DNA from: an uncultured bacterium
GTDB taxonomy: Bacteria; Oederibacteriota; PGYV01; CAWJRG01
Reading direction: 5' to 3'
Length of the DNA stretch: 64,000 bases
NCBI GenBank assembly: GCA_963845185.1
Contig: CAWJRG010000010.1
Span: 384,001 to 448,000, forward strand
Below, one piece after another: positions 51,159-61,111 of the stretch. The notes under the pieces were generated by a model that was given only the letters and a program-made list of their open reading frames with translations, was not told the DNA's origin and made no database searches. Every line of letters begins with the position of its first letter. Position 1 is the stretch's first letter. Made by a program: the position numbers and the translations under genes.

Positions 51159-52631
51159 TTACTGCCTTTTTTTCAGCACGTACCTGATGTCCTCAACATA
51201 AGTCCTTGCGTTGAGCGCGAAGCAGACTGCGGCATAAACGGCGATTGCAAGGCACGCGAAAATTATCAGCAGGAAGAGGTTTTTCACCGGGTGCATTCCC
51301 GCAAGCCATTGTATGAGCGGGACAGTCAGGCAAAAAGCAGCCACAGGCGCAAAGAGCGCGCTTATCGGCTTGAACCCGTAGTCCCTTGCCGCGTCAGCCA
51401 TGTACTTGAACGAAGTGAGGTTCATGAGCAGGTTCGCCATGCCAAAGCCCGCTATGCCGAACTTCGGCACGAGAAAGACAGAGAGCAGCCACATCGTACC
51501 GGCCCAGACAAAGGAATACCTGAAATTATAGCCTGCCCTGCCCATGGCGTTAAACGCCGCGACAAGCGGGTATATCGCGGCAAGTATGAAATTTATCGGT
51601 ATAAAGTACTTGAAAAGCACGAGCGCGCTGGCCCATTTATCAGTATAAATTATGTGCGTTATCGGCCCGCTCAGCGACAGTATTACGCATGAAAATCCCG
51701 CTATCAACAGCGCGTTCAGGCGCACGGTGGTGTTCAGCACGCGGCTGAACTTCTCTTTGTCCTGCTGCAGCTTGGAAAAAAGCGGGAAAAGGACCCTGGA
51801 CAATATGGCTGACGCGAGCAGCGGGTAGTTTGCGACCGAAGTCGCCCAGTTGATAAGTCCCACGGAAGCGGTGCCCAGCATCGGCGCGATGACAACCGGT
51901 ATGAAGCTGTCCTTTGCCATGTTTACGAAGTGCACGCCCTGGAAAGAAAGGCCGAAAGGAAGGATGGGCTTGATGAGCCTGAAGTTCCATTTAAACCGCG
52001 GCTTGAACCTGGCGAAAAAGAATACAAATAAAAGCATGCAAATGTTTTTCACAGCGAGCCCGGCGATAAGCGAGAAAACCCCTTTGTGCATGAGCGCCAG
52101 CGTCACCGCGGTTGCCTGGAAAGCCACGACCTCTATGACTTCGAGCGCGGCAATCCTCGCAAAAGAAAGCTTGCGCTCCATCATCATGACCGGTATTATC
52201 CTGAAAGAAACCAGGTAGTAGGATACTATGGAAATGCGTATGAGCCAGATTGTCGACCTGTCGGCGAAAAGCCCGCCAGCAAAAAACGAGGCGATGAGCA
52301 GAAGCACGGCTATGCCTGCCATCACTACCTGTTGGAAGGAAAACACGGCGTCAATGGCACGTTCGGAAACCTTGCCCGGCTTCCTGATGAGCGCGCTTCC
52401 CAGGCCGCCGTCCCCCACGTACGTCAGAAAATTTATGACAAAAAGTATTATGAAATATATCCCGAAGTCCGAGGGCATGAGCACCCTCGCAAGCGCCACC
52501 TGCCCGGCAAAATTCACCAGGTTCATGGCAGCCTGCCTGAATATCATGAAAAACGCCGCTCTTGAAGCTTTATGCCTCAGCTCGGACATTGCCGCCAACT
52601 TTGCGGCCCCCTGCGTTTTTTTCTTTCCCAA
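51159..52631 (-). CDS. wzx: Wzx-type oligosaccharide flippase (start may be 52589)
   Basis: LARVLMPSDFG, DGGLGSALIR, ~12 TMs. Confidence 0.88.
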   Translation of the reverse strand: MGKKKTQGAAKLAAMSELRHKASRAAFFMIFRQAAMNLVNFAGQVALARVLMPSDFGIYFIILFVINFLTYVGDGGLGSALIRKPGKVSERAIDAVFSFQQVVMAGIAVLLLIASFFAGGLFADRSTIWLIRISIVSYYLVSFRIIPVMMMERKLSFARIAALEVIEVVAFQATAVTLALMHKGVFSLIAGLAVKNICMLLFVFFFARFKPRFKWNFRLIKPILPFGLSFQGVHFVNMAKDSFIPVVIAPMLGTASVGLINWATSVANYPLLASAILSRVLFPLFSKLQQDKEKFSRVLNTTVRLNALLIAGFSCVILSLSGPITHIIYTDKWASALVLFKYFIPINFILAAIYPLVAAFNAMGRAGYNFRYSFVWAGTMWLLSVFLVPKFGIAGFGMANLLMNLTSFKYMADAARDYGFKPISALFAPVAAFCLTVPLIQWLAGMHPVKNLFLLIIFACLAIAVYAAVCFALNARTYVEDIRYVLKKRQ

Positions 52632-52658
52632 AAGCGGCTGCCTGATATTGCCACGGTT

Positions 52659-53006
52659 TTAGTCCCCTATCATTTTTCTTATTATGTTTATATGGTCTTC
52701 CTTTATCACCAGGAATTCCATGCCAGACCTGTATTTTTTTATGCTGTCGTCGAATTTCGACCACTTGACTTCGGCAAAGGTGGCTATCGGCTCATGCTCG
52801 TCCTCGAGCATTATGTCCAGCCTCAGCATCTGGTCGGGGTTGAGGGTTTCGTCGCACAAAAGCTGTATGCCCATTATGCTAATGTCCGCGCTGTCAACCG
52901 TCTTTTTCGGCGGCTCCCAGCCCGGCTTGTCAATGTCGGAATTGGAAATTATTTTATACACCACTTTCAATTTTTTATTTGCCCTCTTATGCCTTCTTCT
53001 TTCCAT
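52659..53006 (-). CDS. PilZ domain protein (c-di-GMP binding)
   Basis: ERRRHKR and DISIMG motifs. Confidence 0.9.
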   Translation of the reverse strand: MERRRHKRANKKLKVVYKIISNSDIDKPGWEPPKKTVDSADISIMGIQLLCDETLNPDQMLRLDIMLEDEHEPIATFAEVKWSKFDDSIKKYRSGMEFLVIKEDHINIIRKMIGD

Positions 53007-53176
53007 GAATAATTCTCCCTGGGCATTGCACTGCTCCTGTTTCGGCGCTTCATTTGAACTGCGCCTTTTAATTTGCTTTATAACTAATTATATACTTTTA
53101 TCATTAAAATATCAAGGATATGTGTGGTGAAAAATGACGGCAAAGAATTTTGATATCGCCTACCGACTTTTTAAAC

Positions 53177-54115
53177 TTACAATTTTTCATATGATTCTGT
53201 TCTATTGTGCCGCCTCGCAAGTTCGCTCGCATATTTGAAACCTAAACTATTCTTGTTTGCTTCTGCCCAATCAGTCAGTTTGGTTTCTCCTGTTGGATGC
53301 GAATTGACACATAAAAGTCCGTCCATTAACCCCTTTATTTCTTCTTTTGTAATTACCACATCCCTAACAATCTTGCCCAAAATCCATCCCGCTATATATC
53401 CCCAAAAAGGTGGAATTGAAACAAGCAGCCGTTTCTTACCGATTATCCTGCCAATAATTTCAACAAGTTCTCTGTAAGAAAATGTTTCAGGACCAATAGC
53501 ATCTATAATTGCATTCTCTGATTTCTCACCTTTTTCAACTGCTAATTTTGCTAAATCATCAACATAAATTGGCTGTAATCGATATTTCCCATCCCCAAAT
53601 ATACCCATAACGGGCAGGTATCGCAGCATCCAAGCAATATTATTAATCAATATGTCTTCCTTTCCAAAAAGGACAGCAGGACGCAAAATAGCATACGAAA
53701 TTCCTAACTCTATTAATGCTTTTTCCAATTTTGCCTTGCCATTAAAATACGGCAATTTCGAATTTTCTGAAGGGTTCGTAATACTTATATGGACTATTTT
53801 CTGAACTCCTGCTTCTTCTGCCGCTTGAAACATCTTTAAAGTATTTTCAACCGCTGTTGTGTGGTTAAAATCTCTGTAATCAAACCTCACCCAATAAGTA
53901 TTGTACAGAACCTTTGTCCCTTTTAATGATTCAACAATTTTATTTTTGTCATTAAAATTAAAGGGATAGGATTTAATTTTCCCTTCAAATTGATTTGTCC
54001 TATCAGGTGAATTGGTAAGCGTATAGACATCATAACCCTTATTTAATAATCGTCTTGCTATGTATTTCCCCGAATATCCAAATGCTCCTGTTACAACATG
54101 TTTTACTACGGTCAT
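53177..54115 (-). CDS. NAD(P)-dependent epimerase/atypical SDR (NDUFA9-like)
   Basis: VTGAFGYSG; YFNGK; LQPIYVDDLA. Confidence 0.88.
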   Translation of the reverse strand: MTVVKHVVTGAFGYSGKYIARRLLNKGYDVYTLTNSPDRTNQFEGKIKSYPFNFNDKNKIVESLKGTKVLYNTYWVRFDYRDFNHTTAVENTLKMFQAAEEAGVQKIVHISITNPSENSKLPYFNGKAKLEKALIELGISYAILRPAVLFGKEDILINNIAWMLRYLPVMGIFGDGKYRLQPIYVDDLAKLAVEKGEKSENAIIDAIGPETFSYRELVEIIGRIIGKKRLLVSIPPFWGYIAGWILGKIVRDVVITKEEIKGLMDGLLCVNSHPTGETKLTDWAEANKNSLGFKYASELARRHNRTESYEKL

Positions 54116-54215
54116 TCTTTCCCCTTTCTTTTATCTAACCTGCCCCTATTTTATCACCTTAAATTTTAATGGCAAACCAAATAATTGATATATATCTTTG
54201 CTTTATCAGTTTATG

Positions 54216-55037
54216 TTATCTTGGTTCTGATATTTTTTTTGATAAACCATATACATCTCCATTATAAGTCCATTCCTGAATAGTTTTGTAGACATTACCT
54301 TTTTCAAAAATTTGTTCAATATAAACCTTCGGATAAACACTTGCAGTATCCGGAATAATACTTAAATATCCGTCTGTTTTAGTCAGGTTTTTATAATTAT
54401 CCTGAAACCAAAGGCCGTAGGACAAATCAAATATTTTGTAAAAATCCATATCCTTTAATTTATATATCTGGTAACTCTGGTCACTAATTCCACCATTCCC
54501 ATAATGTGTATCTAAGACACCAATAAAAATAGTTTTTGAATCAGAATATATTGTTTGCGAATCAAATCCGCTTTCAAAATGTTCGTTTAGTTCAATTTCA
54601 GCAACTGTATTCAGTTTTGAATCGCAAAGAATATAGCCATCAAATACACAATTACCGCAATCTCCATTTTCCGAGTAATGAAAAACATACGGAGCATTCT
54701 TAATTTGAGTCTTATATCCTGCCTTAATTTCTGTATTTAACATTTCATCTTTAGTTTGCTTGAAAGTCCTATTCCATTCTTCATTGTAATGGCTTTCTAT
54801 AGGGTGCATTTCAGTATATAGGTTAACGATGTTTTCTTTCGAAGGCGAATTTAAATCGCTTGCTGTTATCGTAGGCAAATTAACAATTATACTTGTCGGA
54901 GTTCCCGTAAATGTTGCAGTCGTTTTAGCTGATATTTTAGATATTCCTGAAGTTGTAGCATTAGAGTTCCCAGATGCAGATATCGTAAATTTAAACAGTA
55001 TCATAATTAACGTTGCTAAAATTAATACTTTTTTCAT
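54216..55037 (-). CDS. Hypothetical exported protein
   Basis: Signal peptide; T/S-rich N-terminus. Confidence 0.65.
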   Translation of the reverse strand: MKKVLILATLIMILFKFTISASGNSNATTSGISKISAKTTATFTGTPTSIIVNLPTITASDLNSPSKENIVNLYTEMHPIESHYNEEWNRTFKQTKDEMLNTEIKAGYKTQIKNAPYVFHYSENGDCGNCVFDGYILCDSKLNTVAEIELNEHFESGFDSQTIYSDSKTIFIGVLDTHYGNGGISDQSYQIYKLKDMDFYKIFDLSYGLWFQDNYKNLTKTDGYLSIIPDTASVYPKVYIEQIFEKGNVYKTIQEWTYNGDVYGLSKKISEPR

Positions 55038-55086
55038 TCTTTCCCCTTTCTTTTTTAACCTACCCCTATTCTGCCAGCTCTGTTTT

Positions 55087-55728
55087 TTACATTATCCCCT
55101 CTACTTCTTTATTCATCCTTTCAAAAAAATCCTTCATATACTCATGCCTTTTCTGCGCCATGCGCCTGCCGGCGCTGGTAAGCATGCGGCTTTTAACCTT
55201 GCGCAGCTTTACCATATACTCCCTGTATGCCGTGTCTTCTGCCGTATATGGTTTTGTCATGCTTATGTCAGTGCCTTTGCTGTTATGGAGTTTGGCGCCT
55301 ATTTCGCCCGCGAATAAAAAAGCCCTTCCTATGCCGACCGCGCCGATAGAATCCAGCTTGTCCGCGTCAAAAAGCACTTTTGCCTCAAGCGTGTCAGGCC
55401 TGTTTTTGCCCCTGAACCTGTGGCTCGCTATGCATTGGGTAATTTGTTTTATTTTTTCCGCTCCGAATTTGTGCCTTTTCAGCATATGCCCCACTATTGC
55501 GGCGCCGCGCTCCGCGTGGTCTATCCTGCCGCTTGACTTGTCCTCGCAGCTGCGCGCTATGTCGTGTAGGATTGCCGCGTATTTTATTGTTTCAATATCA
55601 GCTTTTTCTTTTTTGCCTATGCGCAGCGCCAGCTTAAACACCCTTTCAGTGTGCTCCCAGTCGTGGCTGCCCTTGGACCAGGAAAACATTTTCTTTGCTT
55701 CTGTTTTGATTTTATTGAAGGTGTCCAT
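55087..55728 (-). CDS. HD domain phosphohydrolase
   Basis: HDWEH...LHDI...DADKLD. Confidence 0.92.
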   Translation of the reverse strand: MDTFNKIKTEAKKMFSWSKGSHDWEHTERVFKLALRIGKKEKADIETIKYAAILHDIARSCEDKSSGRIDHAERGAAIVGHMLKRHKFGAEKIKQITQCIASHRFRGKNRPDTLEAKVLFDADKLDSIGAVGIGRAFLFAGEIGAKLHNSKGTDISMTKPYTAEDTAYREYMVKLRKVKSRMLTSAGRRMAQKRHEYMKDFFERMNKEVEGIM

Positions 55729-55742
55729 AAGATATGCCTGCT

Positions 55743-56546
55743 TTATTCCAGGCTTTTTTTGCTGCGGGTTTTCTGTAGCTCTATATCCGCTTTCCTGTTT
55801 TCCAGCATGGAAAGCGACAGCTCTATGTTTTCCTCAACCTCATATGTGCTCATGGTGCCTATTGCCACCATGTCTATTTCCCTTATGCTCGACCACACAA
55901 AATGAAGCCCGGTCGGCGGCATTATCCTTCCGGCAGCGAGCGGTTTTATAATCATAACCGGCTTTTTCGCTTCGCTGATTGTTTTTGCTATCCAGTCTGT
56001 TTCCACCTGGCACAAGAACCCTTCCGCGTTGTAAGGCTGCAAATAGGTTTCCACGTCAAGGCCGTTCTTGTCAGCGTAAACTATTGCCTCGGGCATGTGC
56101 GTGGAAAGCCCGGGTATCATGCCGCGCTCGCGCACAGCCTTAAGCCACGGCTCAATGCCTTTTATGTCCTGCTTGGCGCGGCTGATAAAAATATCGGTTA
56201 TTGACTGGTGGGGAAAGCAGAATACCGCCCCGTTTTCCTTGGCCCAGTCAATGCTTTTCATCTCGCTCACTGTGCAGATAAAATTGATTTTTTTGCCGGA
56301 TTTGTCCTGCGCGTCCCTGATTGCGCCGGCCAGCATGTCATTCGCCGGCCCCATTACCGCGTCAATGCCGTATTTTAAATAGGTTAAAAGTATTCCGGTT
56401 ATTTTTTCGCGGGTAAAAAAATCCTTTATGAACTTGTCTTTGGCGGCTGATATGTGCGAGTATCCCAAAAACCAGTTTGTGCCGCAGATCATGCGCGGCA
56501 TTGAAATCCCCCCAACAATTGTCCTTGGAAAAAACTTATCCGCCAT
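55743..56546 (-). CDS. Conserved hypothetical protein, aldo/keto-reductase-like fold
   Basis: GTNWFLGYSH, PGLSTH, IKPLAAGR; start MADKF. Confidence 0.65.
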   Translation of the reverse strand: MADKFFPRTIVGGISMPRMICGTNWFLGYSHISAAKDKFIKDFFTREKITGILLTYLKYGIDAVMGPANDMLAGAIRDAQDKSGKKINFICTVSEMKSIDWAKENGAVFCFPHQSITDIFISRAKQDIKGIEPWLKAVRERGMIPGLSTHMPEAIVYADKNGLDVETYLQPYNAEGFLCQVETDWIAKTISEAKKPVMIIKPLAAGRIMPPTGLHFVWSSIREIDMVAIGTMSTYEVEENIELSLSMLENRKADIELQKTRSKKSLE

Positions 56547-56547
56547 A

Positions 56548-56928
56548 TTATATCTCGGCAAGCCAGTCTTTGGCTTTTTCAATGTCGTCAAAAAGCACCA
56601 GGTTTTTCCTGCCTGTAAACTCCGCTACAACGGAGTAAATCGCGGTTTTCAGGCCCTCAACGCCTATTATCGCGGTCATCCTCATATAAGGCTTGTTGTG
56701 GGCCGCGAAGTCTTTAAGCGCCTTGACAATATCAGGGTCAAAATCGCTGTCAGTCACGTCCATGAGCCCGAGCCCTGTCCCCGGCTTTATTTGTTTTTCA
56801 ATCATGCCCTTTGTCTGCTCCAAGGCTTTTAATATGTCCTTTTTCTGGGAATTTGAAAAATCCATGAAAAGTATTTTTTTCCCCTTGTGCTCGATAAATT
56901 CAGTTTTTGGCATTTCCTTCACCTTCAA
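56548..56928 (-). CDS. Small STAS/SpoIIAA-like hypothetical protein
   Basis: FIEHKGKKILFMDFS...FDDIEKAKDWL. Confidence 0.65.
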   Translation of the reverse strand: MKVKEMPKTEFIEHKGKKILFMDFSNSQKKDILKALEQTKGMIEKQIKPGTGLGLMDVTDSDFDPDIVKALKDFAAHNKPYMRMTAIIGVEGLKTAIYSVVAEFTGRKNLVLFDDIEKAKDWLAEI

Positions 56929-56948
56929 TATTTTAAATCTCTCGAAGT

Positions 56949-57097
56949 GTCATTGCAAGAGTTAAAAAGTCCAGTGGACTTATTAACGGGTAGTTACATT
57001 ATATTATCATGATAAAGACTGCCCCGAAGCGACGAAGCAATCCCGCATTTAAAAGAAAAACCGAGATTGCCACGCTCCCTTTGGTCGCTAGCAATGA
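56949..57097. repeat. GTCATTGC...GCAATGAC palindromic repeat element with nested hairpin insert
   Basis: Terminal IR GTCATTGC/GCAATGAC; internal GCAATC/GATTGC stem. Confidence 0.65.
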
Positions 57098-57136
57098 CAA
57101 ATTATCGAATTTTTCAGCAACCTGCTAAAATACCTT

Positions 57137-57892
57137 TTAAAGCTTCATTATATTGAAAGCCCACGTTCCTATGGCTATCAGCGCAACGTCAAACCCGAGG
57201 ATAATAATTAAATTCTGCATGTACGGCATCGCCGCAAAGCTCGCGCCAAGTATCGCGCTCCGCAGCCCGTCCACAGCGTATGACGCGGGGTCAATGCGCG
57301 TCAGTATCCTGAGCCACACAGGCAGCTTGTCCAGCGGGAAAAGCGCGCCGGACAAAAGGAACAGCGGGTAAACAATAAAGCCTGAAAGTATCGCGTAACC
57401 CTCCGGGCTTTCCATGAAAGAGCCTATGATGAGCCCGAAGCTCACAAGCCCCATTGCAAGCAGGACAAGCATTATGATTGAGAGCAAAATGCCCACGGCC
57501 GTGTACGGTATGCCGAGGAAAAAACCTATGATAAGAAGTATGAAAGCCTGTAGCAGGGCGTCTGTCATGCATCCCACGACCTTGCCCATGAAAATGGTTG
57601 TCCTTGAAAGCGGCGCTATGAGCACCTCCTTTAAAAAATCTATTTTCCTGTCCCACACTATATACGCGCCGTTGAATATCCCGCTGAATATCACGAGCAT
57701 GGCGAGGAACCCCGGGAAAATAAAGTGCTGGTAATTTACGTCTGGCTTCGTGATAGAGCCCATGCCCCCGCCGAAAACAAGGTACCAGAAGAGCGGCATG
57801 AATACCGAGGAAATGACCCTTATTTTTTCCTTGGTAAAAACCTTGAATTCCCTGTACCAGATGGCGTATATGCCTTTTAATGTCTTTTTCAT
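57137..57892 (-). CDS. ABC-2 type transporter permease
   Basis: DRKIDFLKEVLIAPLSR; LSGALFP; DPASYAVDGLR. Confidence 0.92.
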   Translation of the reverse strand: MKKTLKGIYAIWYREFKVFTKEKIRVISSVFMPLFWYLVFGGGMGSITKPDVNYQHFIFPGFLAMLVIFSGIFNGAYIVWDRKIDFLKEVLIAPLSRTTIFMGKVVGCMTDALLQAFILLIIGFFLGIPYTAVGILLSIIMLVLLAMGLVSFGLIIGSFMESPEGYAILSGFIVYPLFLLSGALFPLDKLPVWLRILTRIDPASYAVDGLRSAILGASFAAMPYMQNLIIILGFDVALIAIGTWAFNIMKL

Positions 57893-57894
57893 GT

Positions 57895-58866
57895 TCATTT
57901 GTTCTGTCTCGCCTTTGTCATGGCGCGCAAATGCTCCATGCCGGTCCCTTCCTCTTCCCTGATTTCCTTGCCTGTATAATACAGGAAGACGTCGTTTAAA
58001 TCCGGTGAGTGCGCCTGCACATACGCCACTTCGCCCGCGGCGCGCAGCAGCTCAGGAAGGTTCTTGGCAGACTCCTCCACCGATATCTGCGTGAACGCGC
58101 CCTGCTTTTCCACGCTTTTCACAAAAGCAAGCTTTTTAATCGCGATAATATTCAGCGCGTCGCCTTTTAAGAGAACAATATCCCCGCCCAAAGCGTGCTT
58201 TAAGTTATCCGGCGTGTCAAGCGCCACTATCATGCCGTGGTCTATTATGGCTACCCTGTTGCACAGGTGGTCAGCCTCTTCCATATAATGAGTGGTAACA
58301 ACTATGGTCATGCCCGTGTTTTTGGCAAGCGACATTATGTATTCCCATATATGCTCCCTTGTCTGAGGGTCGAGCCCGAGCGTGGGCTCGTCAAGGAACA
58401 GTATTTTCGGCTCGTGCAGCAGCCCGCGCGCTATTTCCATCCTCCTGCGCATGCCGCCCGAGTATGTCCTGACCATGTCGTTTTTCCTTTTCTGCAAATC
58501 GACAAGGGACAGGACATCGTCTATTTTTTTGTTTATTATGCCCATGGGCAGGTTGTAAAGCAGGGCGTGCAGCTTTAAATTCTCGTATGCGGATAAAAGC
58601 TCGTCCGAGCTCGGGTCCTGGAACACCATGCCTATTGACGATCTCACCTCGCTAGGCTTTGCGACAACGTCAAAGCCGTTCACCGTCGCGCTGCCGGAGG
58701 TCGGCTTCAGCAAAGTGGAAAGCATCATCAGGGTCGTGGTCTTGCCCGCGCCGTTTGGGCCCAGGAGGCCGAAAATCTCGCCCTGCCTGACGCTGAAGCT
58801 TATGCTGTTGACCGCGGCCAGCTCTCCGTAATTCTTTGTAAGGTTTGTTATTGTTATGGCATCCAT
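57895..58866 (-). CDS. ABC transporter ATP-binding protein (DrrA-like)
   Basis: GPNGAGKT, YSGGM, LFLDEPT. Confidence 0.95.
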   Translation of the reverse strand: MDAITITNLTKNYGELAAVNSISFSVRQGEIFGLLGPNGAGKTTTLMMLSTLLKPTSGSATVNGFDVVAKPSEVRSSIGMVFQDPSSDELLSAYENLKLHALLYNLPMGIINKKIDDVLSLVDLQKRKNDMVRTYSGGMRRRMEIARGLLHEPKILFLDEPTLGLDPQTREHIWEYIMSLAKNTGMTIVVTTHYMEEADHLCNRVAIIDHGMIVALDTPDNLKHALGGDIVLLKGDALNIIAIKKLAFVKSVEKQGAFTQISVEESAKNLPELLRAAGEVAYVQAHSPDLNDVFLYYTGKEIREEEGTGMEHLRAMTKARQNK

Positions 58867-58938
58867 AGTGGAAAGATTATATTATAAAAAAAAGATTTGT
58901 CAATGACTGCGTACCTGCTATGCTTGATAAATAAAAAA

Positions 58939-59168
58939 GTGTGTAATTTCAATTCTTATTATTGTCTAAAAAAAATTTCCCCTCTCCCTCGACTGAGTTA
59001 AATATCCCTGTGGGATATTTAACGGGTAGAAGTCATCTTTGTAATGCAAAATATGCTTTTTCTACCCACGGGCAGGGTGAGGGTGAGGATTTTGATGGTT
59101 TCTCCGCACCCCTCACTCTGACTCTCTCCCGCAGGGGGGAGAGAGGTTATTTGTTTTTGAAATTACAC
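58939..59168. mobile_element. MITE-like element copy 1
   Basis: Terminal IRs GTGTAATTTCAA/TTGAAATTACAC; internal CCCTCTCCC/GGGTGAGGG/CCCTCAC palindromes. Confidence 0.65.
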
Positions 59169-59362
59169 AAAAATTAAGTCAGCATCGTACCTGCTATGTT
59201 TGATAAACAAAAAAGCCCGGAGAAAAATCCTCCGGGCTTTTTGTAGCTTATTATTTCTAGTTTCTTGTTTCCTGTTAACTCACCTATCACCTTTCGCCTA
59301 TCTCTTGCTTTTTATCACTTACCCCTTACCCCATCCCACTTGGCACTTTTATCTTCCGGCAC

Positions 59363-60361
59363 TTAATTCGACCACCACACGTTGTTATAATTAACAGTGA
59401 CGTTAGTTCCTGCTATTACCCACATTTCATTGTTATACACTACACTCGTATGGCCCACTCTCGGGCTGAATCCCGCGTTTCCTGTCGTTTCAGTCCAGTT
59501 TGTTCCGTCGCTCGAATGCCATATGTCATTTAAAAAACTGCTGCTTCCATTTTGCCCTGCTATCACCCACATTTCATTGTCAAATACCAGAACCGTAGGA
59601 GCTATCCGTGCGCCAAAATTCGCGCCGGACGTTGCCTGATTCCATGTTATTCCGTCACTTGAACTCCACACATCACTTAAATAAGTGGCGCCGTCGAGCC
59701 CTGCCGCTATCCACATCTTATTGTTATAAACCACGCTCACAAAATAACACCTTGGGCTGAAGCCTCCTGAAGCCGTTGCCCGCACCCAGTTTACTCCGTC
59801 GCTTGAGCTCCATGCATCACTCAAATAGCCGGTGGAAATGCCATATCCGCTTATTACCCACATCGCATTATTATATACTACGCTTGCATGCCCGTTTCTG
59901 GCAGAAAATGCCGCTGCCGTCGTGGTGCAACCCCAGCTTATACCGTCGCTTGAATACCATACATCGTTTAGATAGCCTCCGGTAAAGCCACCTATCACCC
60001 ACATTTCATTATTAAACACAACGCTTGTGTGTAATTTCCTTGGGACAAACCCTGCTGCTGCCGTCGCCTGGTTCCATGTTGCCCCGTCGCTTGAGCTCCA
60101 TACATCACTTTTCAGGCCGCCCGAATCATTGCCGGCTATCACCCACATTTTATTATTTAACACAACGCTCGTGTGGGCATTTCTTGCGCTAAAAAGCGCC
60201 GCAGAAGTTGCTTTTGTCCAGTTAAGGCCCGGGACCGGGGTATTTGTAGGCGTGGCTGTTGAGGCAGTCGGCGGCGCAGTAGGTGTTTTTATTTTCCTGC
60301 ATGCGTTTGCCAAAGTTAAAATAATAATTACTAAAAATATTGCCGTCAGTATTTTTTTCAT
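59363..60361 (-). CDS. Kelch-like beta-propeller lipoprotein
   Basis: ANA/C lipobox; HTSVV...MWVIAG...DVWSSSDG repeats; close paralog of 8633-9865. Confidence 0.88.
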   Translation of the reverse strand: MKKILTAIFLVIIILTLANACRKIKTPTAPPTASTATPTNTPVPGLNWTKATSAALFSARNAHTSVVLNNKMWVIAGNDSGGLKSDVWSSSDGATWNQATAAAGFVPRKLHTSVVFNNEMWVIGGFTGGYLNDVWYSSDGISWGCTTTAAAFSARNGHASVVYNNAMWVISGYGISTGYLSDAWSSSDGVNWVRATASGGFSPRCYFVSVVYNNKMWIAAGLDGATYLSDVWSSSDGITWNQATSGANFGARIAPTVLVFDNEMWVIAGQNGSSSFLNDIWHSSDGTNWTETTGNAGFSPRVGHTSVVYNNEMWVIAGTNVTVNYNNVWWSN

Positions 60362-60362
60362 G

Positions 60363-60974
60363 TTAAAACTCCTTTTTTAAGGCCAGCTTGACCTGCCCTT
60401 TATTTGGGTCATAGCCTGCCGAAATATTTACAGGGAAAGCGGCGTGGATAAAAAACACGTCGGCTAAAGTGTATATCACCGCAGCGCCGGCCAGGCTGCT
60501 GAATAATACCATGGTATTTTGCTTGCTTTGCGCGTTATCCATATCCCCCAGCAGTGTCTGGTAATTCTGCTGGGTTGTGTAGTTTATTTGCGCGTATAAA
60601 TTGTTATAACTATCAAGCGTGTTGTTATAATCAAGATATTCGTATGCTGATATGCCGACAAGGGCCAGGTCAACTATCACCATGGCGATTGATGCGGGGT
60701 AAATTGATGTTTTTGGTTTTTCTTCAGGCTGAATCGCTGCTGCCTGCTTTTGCACGTTTGATTTTTTGACTATTTGCTCAAGCTTGACTATAAAGCTCCC
60801 GAGCTGCGTGGTGGGATTTTCCGAGAAAGCTTCCTTGTAATATTTCAGCGCCTCATTGTAATTGCCTGCCATGTAAGCTTCTTTGCCCTTGTTCATGTCC
60901 TGGCTGTAATCCGCAAACGCGCTGCTCCCCAAAAGCATAATTAACACAAAAAGACTAACCAGGAATTTCTTCAT
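60363..60974 (-). CDS. Exported TPR-containing membrane protein
   Basis: Signal peptide; GKEAYMAGNYNEALKYY; two hydrophobic segments. Confidence 0.7.
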   Translation of the reverse strand: MKKFLVSLFVLIMLLGSSAFADYSQDMNKGKEAYMAGNYNEALKYYKEAFSENPTTQLGSFIVKLEQIVKKSNVQKQAAAIQPEEKPKTSIYPASIAMVIVDLALVGISAYEYLDYNNTLDSYNNLYAQINYTTQQNYQTLLGDMDNAQSKQNTMVLFSSLAGAAVIYTLADVFFIHAAFPVNISAGYDPNKGQVKLALKKEF

Positions 60975-61111
60975 TTTTTAACCTTCCCATTTTTTATTTA
61001 AATAAAGTATATAACAGTTTCTTCCGTTTGTCAAAGCCAAAGCATTTTCGATATTGTCTTTATTAGTGTGTAATTTCAATTCTATTATAATTAGAAAGAG
61101 AAACCCCTTCT

